A stretch of 64,000 nucleotides of DNA, from IMG/VR virus record IMGVR_UViG_3300027891_000005, positions 10,400 to 74,399 of that record. One strand, given 5' to 3'. Both the position numbers and the translations under genes were made by a program. The notes beneath the pieces were generated by a model. That model was not told the origin of the DNA. It did not search any database and saw nothing but the letters and a program-made list of their open reading frames with translations. This DNA is from a virus. Below are positions 63,691-64,000 of this stretch, piece after piece; positions within the stretch are counted from its first letter, which is position 1; each line of letters starts with the position of its first letter.

Positions 63691-64000
63691 ATGGCCCAGG
63701 CAAGCACAAAAGAGCAGCGCATAGAGCTGGCTATCTTAAACAATCCCGTTTTATGGGCAGAGAAGAACTTCGCCTGGGTAGCGCGGGATTATCAGGTAGC
63801 CCCCCTTCAAAGCGTTAAAAATTCCAGGCAGACCGTCCTGCGGTTCGGCCGCCGCCTTGGCAAATCGGAGATTATAGATATTGCCGTCTTGTGGCACGGG
63901 TTCTGCCAGCCGAACAAAATCCACCAGGACAAATACAATATCTTAATTTTATGCCCATATGACGCCCAGGTGGACCTACACTTTGACCGGCTGCACGAAC
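63691..64000 (+). CDS. terL: Terminase large subunit, N-terminal ATPase (partial)
   Basis: NPVLWAE, RDYQ adenine-binding motif, Walker A RFGRRLGKS, ILILCP..QV. Confidence 0.8.
   Translation, partial: MAQASTKEQRIELAILNNPVLWAEKNFAWVARDYQVAPLQSVKNSRQTVLRFGRRLGKSEIIDIAVLWHGFCQPNKIHQDKYNILILCPYDAQVDLHFDRLHE

Noticed and set aside
1-64000. tRNA/rRNA genes, inteins, introns, integrase, alternative genetic code
   Set aside because: No cloverleaf or rRNA motifs were seen by eye. DnaE, RecA and the helicases lack intein signatures, and long genes read through in the standard code. tRNAscan or Infernal would be needed to be certain

Overview
Large temperate phage or phage-plasmid segment from a Firmicutes (probably Clostridia) host. 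About 1-58.8 kb is almost entirely minus-strand replication, recombination and accessory genes: an SbcD-SbcC fusion, a Rad52-like annealing protein, Ung, an MT-A70 methylase, Dcd, UvrD, RecA, two SSBs, DnaE, a tandem GroES, MoxR/VWA, SNF2, macro, NADAR and SLOG proteins, HNH-AP2, Rpn, three toxin-antitoxin modules and an IS607-type tnpB remnant with its omegaRNA. This arm ends near a ~1255-aa YonO/RdRP-like single-subunit RNA polymerase (DFDGD). From 59.2 kb the plus strand carries a late module that runs into terL at the window edge. The most notable unexplained signal is a co-varying GGC-AAA-GCC triloop hairpin, seen 9 times, always in the sense orientation and usually ~40 nt upstream of a start codon; it is a candidate promoter for the phage polymerase. 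Other signals are a dispersed GGACRATYGTCC palindrome and repeated apparent ATA/ATT/CTG starts. Family names come from motif recognition by eye, and no database searches were run. Start positions were adjusted where a Shine-Dalgarno (SD) sequence supported it.
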